This document shows, one piece after another, positions 1 through 13,127 of a stretch of 64,000 nt of DNA (position 1 is its first letter; each line of letters opens with the position of its first letter). Below the pieces are notes generated by a model that worked only from the letters and a program-made list of their open reading frames with translations, made no database searches and had not been told where the DNA came from. The stretch covers positions 186,001-250,000 of the forward strand of contig CDMY01000456.1 of the NCBI GenBank assembly GCA_001179505.1. Reading direction: 5' to 3'. The translations under genes and the position numbers were made by a program. The stretch is from Vitrella brassicaformis CCMP3155 (Eukaryota; Protista; Chromerida).

Positions 1-3000
1 ATACCTCATGCGCCTCTTCATCCACAGTGCCTGGCGCGTCGTGGAGTTCGACGACGTCATCCCGCTGGACCATGCTGGTGTGCCACTCCTGCCCAAAGCA
101 GACAACCCACGGCACCTCTGGCCCCTCCTACTCACAAAGGTGGGTAGGTGTGTGTGTGTGTGTGTGTGTGTGTGGCCGTGAGACACCTGTGTGAGTGTGT
201 TTGTTCGTTGTGTGACATCAGGGGCTGCTCAAGGCGTTTCAGCCCGAGTTGGCTGCGGGTGTGCAGCAGCTGCCCATTGTGGAGGCCCTCACAGGCTGGC
301 TCCCACACAGGACAACACGTACCATCTCACCTCTCCCCAGACCCAATATATAACCGCCCGATCTCCCTTTTCGCAGTGTCTTGGTCGTCTCTGGAGCGGT
401 GTGTGCATCGGAACGTGATGGTGTCCCTGAGCCTCAAGTCGGATGCAGCGGCGGCCAACGCCCGTCGACGGCCGACCACATCGCCCTCCCCTGCTGCACA
501 GGAGGACGGCAGTGTCAGCAGCACCGCCAAGCCAAAGAAGAGGGCGAGCAAGAGAAAGGTACAGAACAGAGGGAGCGAGGGATCGGACAGACATCAAATG
601 GGTGGCATGCTTGGTGTCTCTCGGTCTGTGTGTCGGCTTGCAGGCTGCCGAGGAAGCGAAGGAAGCCAAGAGGGTACCTACCATACAATACACACAAAGG
701 CGCCAGCGGACTTTTCCTTCCGCGGTTGCCTGTGAGTGAGTGCTTTCTCTGTCTTGTTCTTCTCAGCCTGACACGGGGGTGCGTGAAGCCCCTGCATTGC
801 CCGAGACCATCGTGTGTGCCTGGCAGTCATACCTCCTATGCGAGATGGCCGATGAGCCCAGACAGGTAGGTAGGTAGGTAGGTACACAGCCGCCCACACT
901 CAGCTAGCTAACCAGACAGACGCTCACACCGGTGGGTGAACTGTGCAGGTGCGTGTCAAGTGCGGATCGATGCGGCCGCTGGGATCGCTGCGGCGGCGTA
1001 GACGGCTGGACTCTGAGTATTCTGTGGAGGATGACCACACGCCAAAGACCTTCCCAAACGACACACAAGGCGCGTTCGACCCACTGCTCGCTGGACAGCA
1101 GCAGTGAGTCACAAACACACACACAACACAACCACACGACCGACCCTCTCTCTCCCCTCTGTCTCTCTGTCTTCGCAAAGGCTCAGTCAGCGTGTGCTGC
1201 TTTCCCCCTCCCCCTCACCCCCACCGCTGCCTCCGCCCCCCGGGCCCAAGACGACAGACGACGGCCAGGAAGCGCCGCCCACTCAGCAAGAGATCGACGA
1301 CAGAATGAATGACTTCTACGGAGAGCTGGCCAAGAAGTGGCAGCCCGCCAGCGATCGTCCGCTGCCCATCCCGCCCGATGGCGTCACATACGATGGCGGC
1401 TGCTGGGTCTTGTGGGAGGACCTGCTCTCCCTCGCTGGCACATCGATGGTGCAGTATTTCCTCCCGCAGGACTACTTCCATGTGGCGCATTTCGACGGTG
1501 CGTGGGAGAGGCGGGACGAGCCGTTCAAGCTGCCGGTGCCGCATGTGTGTGTGCTGACTCTCGCCCCTCCCCCGCCCCCTCCTGAGCCGCCCAGAGGCAA
1601 GGGCAATCGGATGGCACGAACAGGGTAACAACAAACAGACCACAGACACAGGACAGGGGCTTGTCGTGTGTCACTAATTGATGTGTCTCCTGCCTGCACC
1701 CATGCTGTCTGTCAGAACAAGGTCTCGTGTCGAAGCGAGGCGCAGCAGCACCGGTGCGAGCATGCCGCCAGAGACCACCAGGCCGCCCGTGGATGAGATC
1801 CCGCGGCTGCCTACTATATTCCAATTCACGCCCCTCCTCCCCCTGCCGCCACGCACAGCAGCACCACCCGCCCCCCAGCAGCCACCAGAAGGAGCCGACC
1901 AGCAGCAGGACCAAGAGCAGCAGCAGCAGCAGCCGGCCTCTCCCCGCCCCCCGCCCCCTCCCTCCCCCCCTCTGCTCGACGAAGGCGAAGATGCCGAGTC
2001 ATTCTTCTTTGCCGCACACACACAGACAGGGGAGCTGCCCCCCTCATGCGTCATCCAGGGGGTCACCGCTCTGCTGGGTGACGACAAGGACACGGACCAC
2101 CCCACAGTTGCGCTGCATCACGCGCACAAGATGATGCAACGGTCGCGCACCACCACGGCAGCCACGCCCAAGGCCAGCCAGAGCCATGTGGGCAGCAGCA
2201 GTGGTGGCGGAGTGTCTAGTGGCGGGTCTGCTGTGTGGGAACAGGTGGACGGGGCGGGGGGCTGCTGGCTCAGAGGGGCGGGGGGAGACACCGCCGCTAT
2301 GAGACTGCCTTTCGGAAAGTATGTATGTCGATCAGAGAGAGAGGGAGAGAGAGAGAGAAGAGGGAAGCTCATTCTTGTCTTGCAGGCATTTGTTTCTGAT
2401 ATCGATGGAGGCGTGGACGGGCGGTGGGCGGCTACGCGTGGCTGCCCCCAAGGTCGGCATGGGGGAGGCGACGGGAGCACAGATCATGCCCCTGAGCGAG
2501 TATCTCAGCGCCAGCGGCCATCTGCAAGTAGGCCGCCGGACAGCCATCCATCCATGGAATCAGAGAGAGGCATCTGTGTACCATCTTTCTTTCTGTGGGT
2601 GCAGACAGTGTCTGAGAGTGGTAGTATCCCCAGCCCCAGCAACCGATACGCCATCTGGAGCAAGCTCGTTCTTTCCCTCCCCGAGAGCCCTCCTCGTGAC
2701 CTCCTCCTCTCTCTGCAGCTGCCACCCTCCCCTCCCGTCATCCACCCACACCTTTCGCTGTCGATAGCCCCCCTCCCCGCACCGAAACAGACCACAGAAA
2801 GAGAGGCGCCCAATGCCACAGCTGCCAGCCCCCCTGCACCAGCAGCACCAGCATCGCCCGGCCCACCTGTGTACCAGCAGCCAATCGACCCGCCATCTCC
2901 TCTGCCGTCAGAGTTCGTGTCTCTCCCTCCCCTGCCCCTTACACACATCCCGCCGTCGATGATTGTGGCTCCGTCACGACAGCTGCTGATCCTCCTGGAG

Positions 3001-6000
3001 GGCAATCTTCGCGAGCTCTGTCAGCCGGCCCCATTCGCCGCGGCAGTGGTTGGCAAGGGGGGATGCGCGAGACAAAGTGAGGCGGCCGGAGAGGGGAGGG
3101 AGGGCGAGGCGGCGAACAACAACCAGCTGGATCTCAAGGCTGTGAGCCTGCCATTTGACACCACCTGGGAGGGTGAGATGCGCAGCAGCGAGCACAACAG
3201 GGTGCTGCGGGAGAGGCTCACCGTCACGGGTGACAACGCCACAACCGCCACCCTTCGCCTGACCACCCAGTTCCCAGACGAGAGAGACACGTACCTGCTC
3301 CTGTCCATACTCATCCCCCGCCCGGCCCCCACTCTCGCACCTCCCCGCGCCCCTCCTTGCAAGGAAGAGCAAAAGACAGAGGGCGAGACAGCAGCGCCCC
3401 CACCAGGACCACCACCACCACCACCAGCGGCGGCCATTGAGAAACCCGGTGAGGTCGCTCCTGGTGGTGGGGTGAGTGTCCCGCCACTGCTGCCAGTGTG
3501 TGAGGAGGTGTTGCGAGAGGAGGGGAGGAGGGAGGTCTGCATCAGACACATCAGCCTGCTGCCGAAGGTACTTACGTAGCCGTATAGGGGTACAGCCACC
3601 CACAGCGCAGGAGCGACGCGTGTGTGGCTGTTGTGGCTGGTGTGGATGGATGGTTTCAGGTGCCCTACATATTGGAGTGTGTGGTGGATCCCTTCAGAGG
3701 CTCCACCGACCTCACCGGCGGCAGGTGGCGCATGCAACTCATCGCAACAGACACACTCGAGCTCGGAAGGGACACCACACAGGTAAGTCAGCGGCTACTC
3801 CCACACATACACACACACGCTGATGCACATCCCTCCTGCACACACACACGACACGGCGCCGCAGGATGACGTGGAGCGTGCGGTGCGGTCCAGCTGGGCG
3901 TCAGCCAAACCTGAGCGGCCGACACAAGCCAAGGAAACACGACACAAGTACCTGGTGGCCAGACAGGCGGAGACCACCGCCACTGCCGCTGATGCCACAG
4001 GTGGTGAGGAGGGGCAGAAGGAGCGGCTTCCCGACCCACCTGCACCCACATTGGCTGAATTCAGGTCACCACACGTAGCGAGAGAAAAGTGGCACTCAGA
4101 GTGCTCTGTTTGTTTGAGCCATCTCCCTCCCTCTCTGTTGCTTCGGTCTTGCATTCTGTTTATTCAGAGAGATGCTGGTGTGGCGGCTGCAGCTGACGGA
4201 GAGAGAGGCTTTTGATGCACTGACAGGGGTGGGGGCGGAGGCTGATCAGCCACCCCTCACAAAGGAGGCCTTCACAAACCACCCCCTCCTGCGCCAACGA
4301 CTGAGTACTGTAAAAGTTCGATCAACCAACTATCCACACATGACACGACCTTCATGTAGAATTGCCGTCTGTCTGCAGAGCTCACCTCCTCCCAGTGTGC
4401 GGCCGTCTTTGACCTCCTCGACCCCCAGGCCACGTCCGGCATCACCCGACAGCACTTCATCACCTCCCTCACACCCCCACCCTCCCCAGCAATCAAGGCG
4501 CTCATCGACGCACAGGCAGCGGCAGCAGCAGCAGGGGGGGCGGGCAAAGACGCCAAGAAGGCGCCCCCGCCGAAGGACCAGGGCAAAAAGGGCAAAGAGG
4601 GTGCAGACAAGGGAGACGAAAAAGGGACGACGGAAGCGGTGGCGCCGTCGGGGCTGAAGCGGCCGATGAGAGACCAGGACTACGTCAGTGCCGCGTAGGC
4701 GAGACACACACACACACACACACCACTTTGTCAATTTGGGTGTCTCTCTGTGTGTGTGTGTGTGTGTCAGTTTGTGTGCGTTTGTGCGTGACGCCGTCCG
4801 GTCAGAGGAGGACCGTCTCGTCACCGTCGAGGGCACTTCGCGGCTGCTCGACCTCAGAGACGGTACAGACGCACCGCACATCTACATGCACACACACATA
4901 TCGGGCATTTCTGTGTGCTGTCGCATCAAGACATGCTGCTGCGGTCCCACGAGCTCACCCAGTGGCTGCAGCAGGAGAAGGCAAGCCGTGAACAAACGGT
5001 GGCCGAGCGGCAGCAGCTGTTCGACAGCGTCAAAGAGGTCCGTCCACCCACCTCTACTGCTTCGCATCACATGTGCGTGTGTGTGTGTATGTATCTGTCA
5101 GTTGACGGAGCGCTGCCGGCTCAGCCGGTCGAAGGATCCCGGCCCGCCTCTCACCTTCGCACCCCAACGGCAAAACCTTCAGTAGCCTCACACACACACA
5201 CACACACGCACACACCCACACACACACACACGAGACACAGTGGGAGAAACGAGAAACCTCTCTGTGTGTCTTGTTCGTTCAGGAAGCGCGTATTCGACCG
5301 GCGAGGCCGCCTCACAAAGCTCAAGGAAACCATTGAGGTGCTCATGGAGCGACGGACGGATGGATGGGCGCGGCGCACCCAAGTCCACACGCCAGCACAC
5401 TGTGTCTGTCGGTGTGTCTGTCTGTCTGTCTGTGTGCAGGAGGGCCAGCTCGTGCTGGACACGCTTGAGCCCCTGATGAAAGAGGCACAGGAGTCGGAGG
5501 GGCACTACTTCGACAAGGCACTTATGGAGGTGGCCGAGAGGCGCCTGCGCATCCTCCAAATCACGCACCGGTCCGTCCGTCTGTGTGCCCGCCTGTCCAC
5601 ACAAATGAGTACGCCGCGTTAAACTTACTGTGTCCGCAGGTGTGGTGAGCTGGTGGATTCTGCGGCCAAGACGGCGGCTGAGAATGAGGCCTTGAAGGAA
5701 CAGGCGCAGAGAGACGCTGGTGCACAAGGAGGTAAGTGAAGTGCAACCCTCCCCTCCCTCCCTGAACCTCCAACATAATGTATGTCTACCCCACTGAACA
5801 CTCCTGCTGAGTGCAGAGGAGGGCATCCCGCAGCCCCCGCAGCCCAGGCCCCTGCTGGACCAGGAGGAGACACGCGAGCTGAGATCCCTCAACAAGGAGA
5901 TAGACGCATTGCTGGACACCGAGGGCATCACAGTGGCCATAGAGGGGGCTGGTGGTGAGGGGGGTGAGGCCACTGCCGCTGCCGGTGCCGCTGCTGCAGC

Positions 6001-6115
6001 TGGCGCATGCAAGTGGCGGCTGAGCGAGGAGCAGCTCGTTGTGCTGAGGAAGGCGCGAGAGTTGGCCATGAGCAAGAAGCAGAAACGGGCGACGCAGCCT
6101 GTGGTGGCTGCCTGA
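1..6115 (+). CDS. ADGB: Androglobin-like calpain-domain protein, 5'-partial, multi-exon, apparently lacking the globin/IQ module
   Basis: Spliced translation gives YLMRLFIHSAWRVVEFDDVIPLD...LWPLLLTK|GLLKAF...EALTGWLP (ADGB calpain-like motifs), LPFGKHLF, NRVLRERLTV..TATLRLTT and GRWRMQLIATDTLELGRDTTQ|DDVERAVRSSWASAKPERPTQAKETRHKYL (resembles ADGB HWVLRLV...KKDTERADEIRAMKQAWETTEPGRA). Exon phases were consistent wherever checked. Coiled-coil C-terminus; stop at 6115. Confidence 0.75.
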
Positions 6116-6563
6116 ACGAACGACTCGACTGACTGACTGACTTGTGTCTGCGCGTCAGTTGGTGACGGGGTGACAGTTGAGCGATGGATGCGATGCATCT
6201 GTGTAGGTGTGTGTGGCAAAGGCGTGTCAGACACGGGCCAGGTGTGTGTCGTGTATAATCAGTCGATTAGCTCATGACGGGCGTTGAAAGGTCAACACCC
6301 CCCCACACACACACACACACACTCAGCCAGCTCTGCACAATCTAAGTACTCTAGCCAGTCAATTCCAACACCCAACCAGCCGACACCCCACCCACGTGTG
6401 GGCCACCTGCACATTTCCCCTACGCACCCCCATCCCATCTACAACCTTCCACCTGTCTGTCTGTCTGTCTGTCTGTCTGAATCCGCTAACAAGGTCTATC
6501 TAGTCCTCCTTCTACCACCTTCCCGTCTGGCTGCTATGCTATGATGCCATCCCGCTCGTTTCT

Positions 6564-7910
6564 TCAGTCCCCCCCGCCAGCAGCGGCGGCCTCGCTGCCG
6601 CCCTCCCCCGCGGCTCTGCTCTTGTCCAGAGTGCCCCCCTGCACGATCTCGACCTTGTTGTGGCGGATGAGCTGCTCGACGTCGTTGGTCATGAGGAGCG
6701 TGGTCACCCGGCCCTCCTTGAGCTGCGTCGTCCTGACGCTGACGTCCCGGGTATCCTTGTCCGTGCTGATGGTCACCACCTCGCAGTCCTCCAACACGCG
6801 CACCGCCACGTCCACACACACCGGCGGATCCATGTGCTGCAGCGAGCGACACACACACACACAGAATGAATGGATGGATGGATGGATGGACGGATGGATG
6901 GATGGAAGTCGGCCTTTCTCGGACTCACTGACTGACTGACTGACTCCATCGCTCTGTCACCTTCGTCAGGTCGAGGGGCTCGCCGAGTCCGAACTCCTTG
7001 GCGAGGTCGCTGCCCAGGTCCCCGAGGTACGTGTTGAAGTTGTTGAAGTAGGTCTCCTCCTCGTCGCACAGGCGGCTCGTGAGGGTCTCGGGCAACACCG
7101 GACCCACCTCGAACCGCACCTTCTGCAGCTTATCCAGCCGATACGCCCTGCAGCNNNNNNNNNNNNNNNNNNNNNNNNNNNNNNNNNNNNNNNNNNNNNN
7201 NNNNNNNNNNNNNNNNNNNNNNNNNNNNNNNNNNNNNNNNNNNNNNNNNNNNNNNNNNNNNNNNNNNNNNNNNNNNNNNNNNNNNNNNNNNNNNNNNNNN
7301 NNNNNNNNNNNNNNNNNNNNNNNNNNNNNNNNNNNNNNNNNNNNNNNNNNNNNNNNNNNNNNNNNNNNNNNNNNNNNNNNNNNNNNNNNNNNNNNNNNNN
7401 NNNNNNNNNNNNNNNNNNNNNNNNNNNNNNNNNNNNNNNNNNNNNNNNNNNNNNCCCCCCCCCCCCCCCCACACGTTCGAGAGAGTCGACCAACCGACCA
7501 AAGTAAGCATCCTGCCCATGTGCTGTGCTGTGGTGTGCTGACGCACTCACAGGTATGCGAGCACCTCCCTCTTGCGATGGTCTGCCTCGGCGGTCCACGC
7601 CGCAAGCTGAGCGATGTCGTGTGGCTCACGGCGCTTGCTACTGCAACACACACACACACATACACAGGGCTGGGCTATTCTTTCTTCTTCTTCGGGTGTG
7701 CGGCGCTTACGCAAGTATTTCGTCGACGCGTTGCCAGAGGTTGATGAGTCTATCAATCTTGATGTCGACCTCCTGCGCGTCGAAGGGCGGCAGCCACGTG
7801 GACTTGTGCAGATCCGCCAGAAGCTTGGCGTCCGCTGCGTGGGTCTGCGCCCCGCCATCCCCGGCGGCGGCCGCAGCAGAACTACCCACCGATGACGCCT
7901 GTGACGACAT
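6564..7910 (-). CDS. PSF1: GINS complex subunit PSF1 (GINS1)
   Basis: Exons: MSSQ...LLADLHKSTWLPPFD, KREVLAYL|AYRLDKLQKVRFEVGPVLPETLTSRLCDEEETYFNNF...LDLT, DPPVCVDVAVRVLEDC...DVEQLIRHNKVE. These match the Psf1 layout (AYL..RL..I...W..G.VLP; PP....VR.L.D; EQLIR). Confidence 0.85.
7155..7454. other. Assembly gap (300 N) inside a PSF1 intron, next to a poly-C tract
   Basis: N run seen directly. The flanking exons join in frame across it (...gcatacct|ggcgtatcgg... = AYLAYR), so no coding sequence appears to be missing. Confidence 0.9.
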
Positions 7911-8024
7911 CCAGGATGCAGATCTCTGTCGGAAGATGTGATGGATTGGGGTTTCAGGGTACAAACCCTGGGGGCCGCCCAGGTCAAGTTTGCAACTGCA
8001 GGTTTGAGCTGAGTTTGAGCAACG

Positions 8025-10111
8025 ATGGCCCAGCGTGAGTATCTGAGAGCGCCTGAGCGGCGACAGAGGCAGGAGAGCGTCCTGCGGCAGGGAGAGTCCC
8101 GGGCCCGGCTGCGAGTGCCAATTGAGGAAGAGAGGCGACAGGTGGCCCACCAGCTGCAGCTGCAACAGGGTGGCCGGCAGGGGCAGGCCGAGTTGCCTGC
8201 TCGCGTGCCAACACGGGAGACGGCAGACTATGGGGCCAGGTACGTGCCCGACGAGACGGTGGACGCCGCCTCGTTCCTCGACGGACCGGCTGCAGGAGGG
8301 CTCCCCGTCTCCGTCAACCGCCGCACGGAGTATCAGGGCACAAACCAACGCAATGGCGCCGACCTGTTCTCCGAATACACTCAAGTAGGCCAGAAGAGCG
8401 CCTCGATCGTTCGGTCACTATGAGTGTTTTCTCTCGCTCTTTGTGTGTATCGGTCGGTCGTCAGGTGCGCGGCGGTGTGGCCGATGGGCGTCTGACAGGA
8501 CGAGGTGACGAAGTCAGAGGGGGCTATGGAGACGGTCGCATAACGGGCTACCCATACCAGTACACGGCCAGCGACCGTTATGAGGTGAGTGCCTCACTCT
8601 TTAGGCAGTCACCCATACACATCCATTGCTCTCTCTGCTCCCTCTCACCTTTCAGCCCGCAGCCTACGACGCTTATGAATTCGCCTACCCATATTTGCGT
8701 CCGGAGGAGCCCCACCGTCCGAGGGGATACCCCAACCAGATGACCATGGAGGCGCAGCAGTACGGCAGCGGCCGCCTCACGTCGACTGGACAGAACGACG
8801 CCTACGGCGGTGCCCCTCCCAGCAGTCGGCCACACCGGTATGATGGGCGGCTTCCCTTGTACTCGCAGCATCAAACCAAGCACGGGCTCAGCAGGGACGG
8901 AGTGGGCGGCCAGCCGGACTACTCCTCGCGTCGAGCCTACCGCGCTCCAAGCAATATCAGCAAAGTCAGCAAGTCATCGGTCGTGTCCCGAGGCACCCAG
9001 TGCAGCATCGTGACCACACAGACGGCAGTCGGGCCCCGGAACAAGACGCGTGGTGCGTCGCGACACCACCACCACCAGCAGCAGGTGGAGGCGACGGCCA
9101 GTTCGATGGGCCGCTGCGCGCCGCCACCGGACACACACAACACCCACAATGGTCAGAACAACGGATCAGGTGGCGGTTTGTTCGGCGGGATGTTCTCGGG
9201 CTTGGGCTCCCTCCTGGGTGGGGGCCGGGCCTCTGGAGGTGAGGAGGGGTGTGGTGAGATGAGACACACATAGCCCTTCTCTGTCACTCATTGGCACATC
9301 GTCGACACGTCTGTTTGTCCGTCTGTCTGTCTGTCTGTCTGTGTCAGCGGTGCGTGAGGAGACGCGAGAGTCCCCACTGGATCGCCGCTCCAATCGCCGA
9401 CACATCGATGACCGCTACGCCAATGGTGCCCAGGTGAGTCTCACCAACACAGTCAGCCACATACCTCGGTCGTGATCAAGAGGGTCATGCTGTGTCTGTC
9501 TGTCCTTCTGTCAGGGTAGGTCGTACGAGTCCCGCTACCACCGAGAACCCAAGACGGACAGGCAGCAGGAGGTTGAGGCCTACGCGAGGGAGCTGGACTA
9601 TTGGAAGGGCTTCTGGGAGATGGAGCTGCAGGAGCGCTCGGAGATCCAAGAGCGGCTCCGCCGACAGCTCGAGGAGCGGGCGGCGGAGCGGGAGAAGAAA
9701 ATGGAGCGCTTCCACCGACAACAGAAGGAGAAAATGGAGCGTGAGTGGCGTGAAGTGGAGGCCAAGAAGGACGAAATGCGCCGCAAAGAGCAGGAGCTCG
9801 AGGAGAAAGAGAAGGAGATCGACCAACAGCTGCAGCAGCTGCAACACCAGATGCAGCAGCTGCAGCACCAGCAGCAGCAGCGTCTCAACAGCGACAACGA
9901 GACGGCAGACAACCAGCAGCCTTCGAGCACCTCTGACACCGTCCCCCCAACCCCAACTGGAGCAGTGCAGGAGGCATCCAGAGTGGCTGAAGCAGACGCC
10001 ACTGGCGAGCGACAGCGGGCCCGCCAGATGCTGCAGGAGCTCGAGAGCAATCCTAACTTCAAGAACCTCACCGTGCCATCCGCCAGTGGTGGGCGCCCAC
10101 ACGAGGTGTAG
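8025..10111 (+). CDS. Hypothetical protein: Tyr/Gly/Arg-rich N-half and long Glu/Gln/Lys coiled coil
   Basis: Five in-phase exons (about 8025-8384, 8465-8584, 8656-9238, 9348-9433, 9516-10111) with canonical GT-AG sites; strong heptad-like stretch ELQERSEIQERLRRQLEER. Confidence 0.7.
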
Positions 10112-10405
10112 GCTGGCCCCAGTGCACGGCCGCTTGTTGCAACAGACAGTCTGAGAGTAAGAATACGAGCCAATGAAATGAATGGCTGGCTGGCCGTCTG
10201 AGTGACTTGCCCGTTGTGTTTGTTTGGACGGTTATGGATGCATAGAGCGCTCGGACAAGTCTATGCCTTGAAGCATTGCAAACGGCACTCTCAGTGCATG
10301 GCGCTTACCCCTCTCTCAGCACACACGCCCGGCACTGCAATTCAGCAGAATCCATTCGATCACCCCTCCTCATCGCGAGCTTAGAGAGCGGATTGTTTCC
10401 ACACT

Positions 10406-12788
10406 ATGCGGAAGTGTGGCGGCCTGTTTCGCGTTGGTCTGTGCTGCCGGCAGCTGTCCGCAAAGACTCATCATCATCGCCAGCAGCAACATCGACGTTT
10501 CGCATCCGACCGCGTGGAGGTCAGTGAGCCGTTCGTGTGGGACAGCGAGTCATCCTGGAGGGACTTCATGCTCATGAATGATCAACTCACGGAGGAAGGT
10601 AGGCGCAGACGCCAGAGATCTGCCACGGGTGATCTGCCACCTCTTCATGTGCACGTGTGTGTGTATGATGATGTTCCTTTCCTCCCGCAGAGCGGCTCAT
10701 TCGTGACTCTGCGCAGGCCTTCTGCAGTCGGCAACTGTTTCCCCGTATCAAGGAGGCCTTCAGACACGAAACATTCACTAAGAATGTCTTCATCGAGATG
10801 GGGAGGTAGGTGACCACACACGCACTTCGTGAATCGGGGTTCACTTGGCTTACTTGCGTCCGTCTGCTTCCTTCCGGATGCAGGGAGGGCCTGTTGGGGC
10901 CGACGCTGCCTGATTACGGCTGCGCTGGAGCATCCAGTGTTGCGTATGGCCTGATTGCGAGGGAGATAGAGCGGGTCGACAGCGGCTATCGGTCAATGTT
11001 CTCGGTGCAGTCGTCGCTCGTGATGCTGCCGATACACTCATACGGCACTGACGCGCAGAAGGGCAAGTACCTGCCAGGTCGGCTGCCTGCCGAGAGAGAG
11101 GACACCAATCAAAAGCACAGACACATGCATCGATCTATCTGTCTGTCTGTCTGTCTGCGTGTATCCGATGCTGTCTTTCTTTGCAGCACTTGCATCTGGC
11201 GAGCTGATTGGCGCCTTCGGGCTGACAGAACCCGACCATGGTAGCTGACCTGACAGGCACTCAAGGGATGCCTGCCTGCCTGCCCTGCAGGAATGTAACT
11301 TTGATGAGTCTGTCTGTCAAACTTGGTATGCTATGCGTAGGCAGCGATCCATCGGGCATGAAAACCAAGGCCGTCAAACAGGTACCTAGGATGGACAGGC
11401 AGACCGATCGGGCGGGCGGAATTGCACTGGCACTTGTGTGCGCTGATGGATGGATGGATTCACACAGGGCAGTGAGTATGTCTTGTCTGGGGCAAAGACG
11501 TGGATCACCAATTCGCCGGTCGCAAACATTTTCCTGGTCTGGGCACGCGACCAAGACGGTCAGTCTCCCCAACAGTCACCATTGACGTCACGCATTCATC
11601 GTACGGCCCAAAGATGGCCATCTCTTCTCATTCAGGCGTTGTGCGTGGGTTCATCCTGGAGCGGGGCATGGACGGGCTCTCTACGCCATCAATACAGGTA
11701 GGGGACAGACAGAAGGGTGGCCAGCGCAACGCACCTTATCCGGCTGGCCGCGTGTATCGTGTGTCTGTCCAGGGCAAGTATTCCCTTCGCGCTTCACCAA
11801 CGGGCATGATCATCATGGAGGACGTCAAGGTGAGCATCCACTGCACAGCATACATCTGTATGTGTACCTGTGTACCCGCCCCGCTGGCAGGTGCCTGTGG
11901 ACAATGTGCTGCCCCACACAGAAGGCCTGAAAGGGGCGTTGTCCTGCCTCAACAGTGCCAGGTAGCCAACCCACTACGGTTGACGTGGTCCGGTAAATCG
12001 TCCATGGTCGCCACTTACAGGCTGGGCATCGCGTGGGGCACGTTGGGTGCGGCGGAGTTCTGTGTCGAGGTGGCCAGGAGGTACCTACTTGACAGGTGGG
12101 TACGGTACACACGCAGAGAGAGAGAGCAAAGGGGGGAGGGGGGGGGAACGGTCCATGTTATTCCGCTCATCTGCTTTTCTGCTTTGTGCTAACGCAGGGA
12201 GCAGTTCGGCAAGCCGCTGGCGTCTCAGCAGCTGCTGCAGTACAAGCTGGCAGATGCAGTGACCGAGATCACACTGGGCCTCCAAACCGTCCTCAGAGTG
12301 AGCTCACCTCATGGTCCCGCTTATTCATGCGCAGATGGTGTAAATGCTGCTGCTGCAGGCATCCCGTCTGAAGGACGAGGGCCGGCTGCACTCCAACGCC
12401 ATCAGCCTCATCAAAAGGAACTCATGCTGCAAGGTGAGCAGAGCAGTGAGGGCTCTCGTCACTCAGGGTGCTGGCTGGGCTGCCCTCTGTGTTTGCGTGT
12501 CTGTATGCGATGGGTGCTCTTGCAGAGCTTGGAGATCGCTCGGATGTGCAGAGACATGCTGGGAGGTGAGCACACACAGCACTTAGTCCGAGTGAGACCT
12601 GAGAAGAGTACATCTGTGTGTGTGGTGGGGGGGGGGGTCATGGTCATGCAGGCAACGGCATTGTCGACGAGTACCACATCATACGCCATTTGCTCAATCT
12701 GGAGGCCGTCAAGACATACGAGGGGACCCACGACATACACTCTCTCATACTGGGCAAGGCCATCACAGGGCTGCAGGCATTCAAATGA
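10406..12788 (+). CDS. GCDH: Glutaryl-CoA dehydrogenase, mitochondrial
   Basis: [105 protein letters not shown]; Arg-rich N-terminal presequence. Confidence 0.95.
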
Positions 12789-13127
12789 CATTCATTACTT
12801 CCACTTTAGTGGGTGCCTGCCTGGTGGGGGCGGTGTACTGACTGTAGGTGCCTGCAACGCTCTTTTTGCAATTAAGGCTCTCTTTATGGTTTATGGCATG
12901 CTGATGATCGATGATTTAGTCAGTCACTTGTGTGTTGTAGTGTGGATACGTCGGTCGACAGTTGCACATGGAGATTGATGGATTGACGACCGACCGACCG
13001 ACAGTCTCGCCGTTTTGTTGTCTGTGGTAGATATGAACAACCCATAAATTTGTCTGGTCTCTCTCCCTCTCTGTCGCTATCATTTCGATGCAGCTCCTCA
13101 CCCACACTCTCGCCCTCTGTGTCATTC

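Noticed and set aside
1678-3579. 633-aa ORF as a stand-alone gene
   Set aside because: It reads through two introns by chance; the middle exon (2386-2527) is in another frame, and the region belongs to the ADGB-like gene.
6925-7744. ORFs containing long X runs
   Set aside because: Artefacts of translating the 300-N gap, which lies in a PSF1 intron.
10202-10384. Upstream 60-aa ORF as the GCDH start
   Set aside because: It ends in a stop before the GCDH frame; ATG 10406 gives a continuous presequence and exon.
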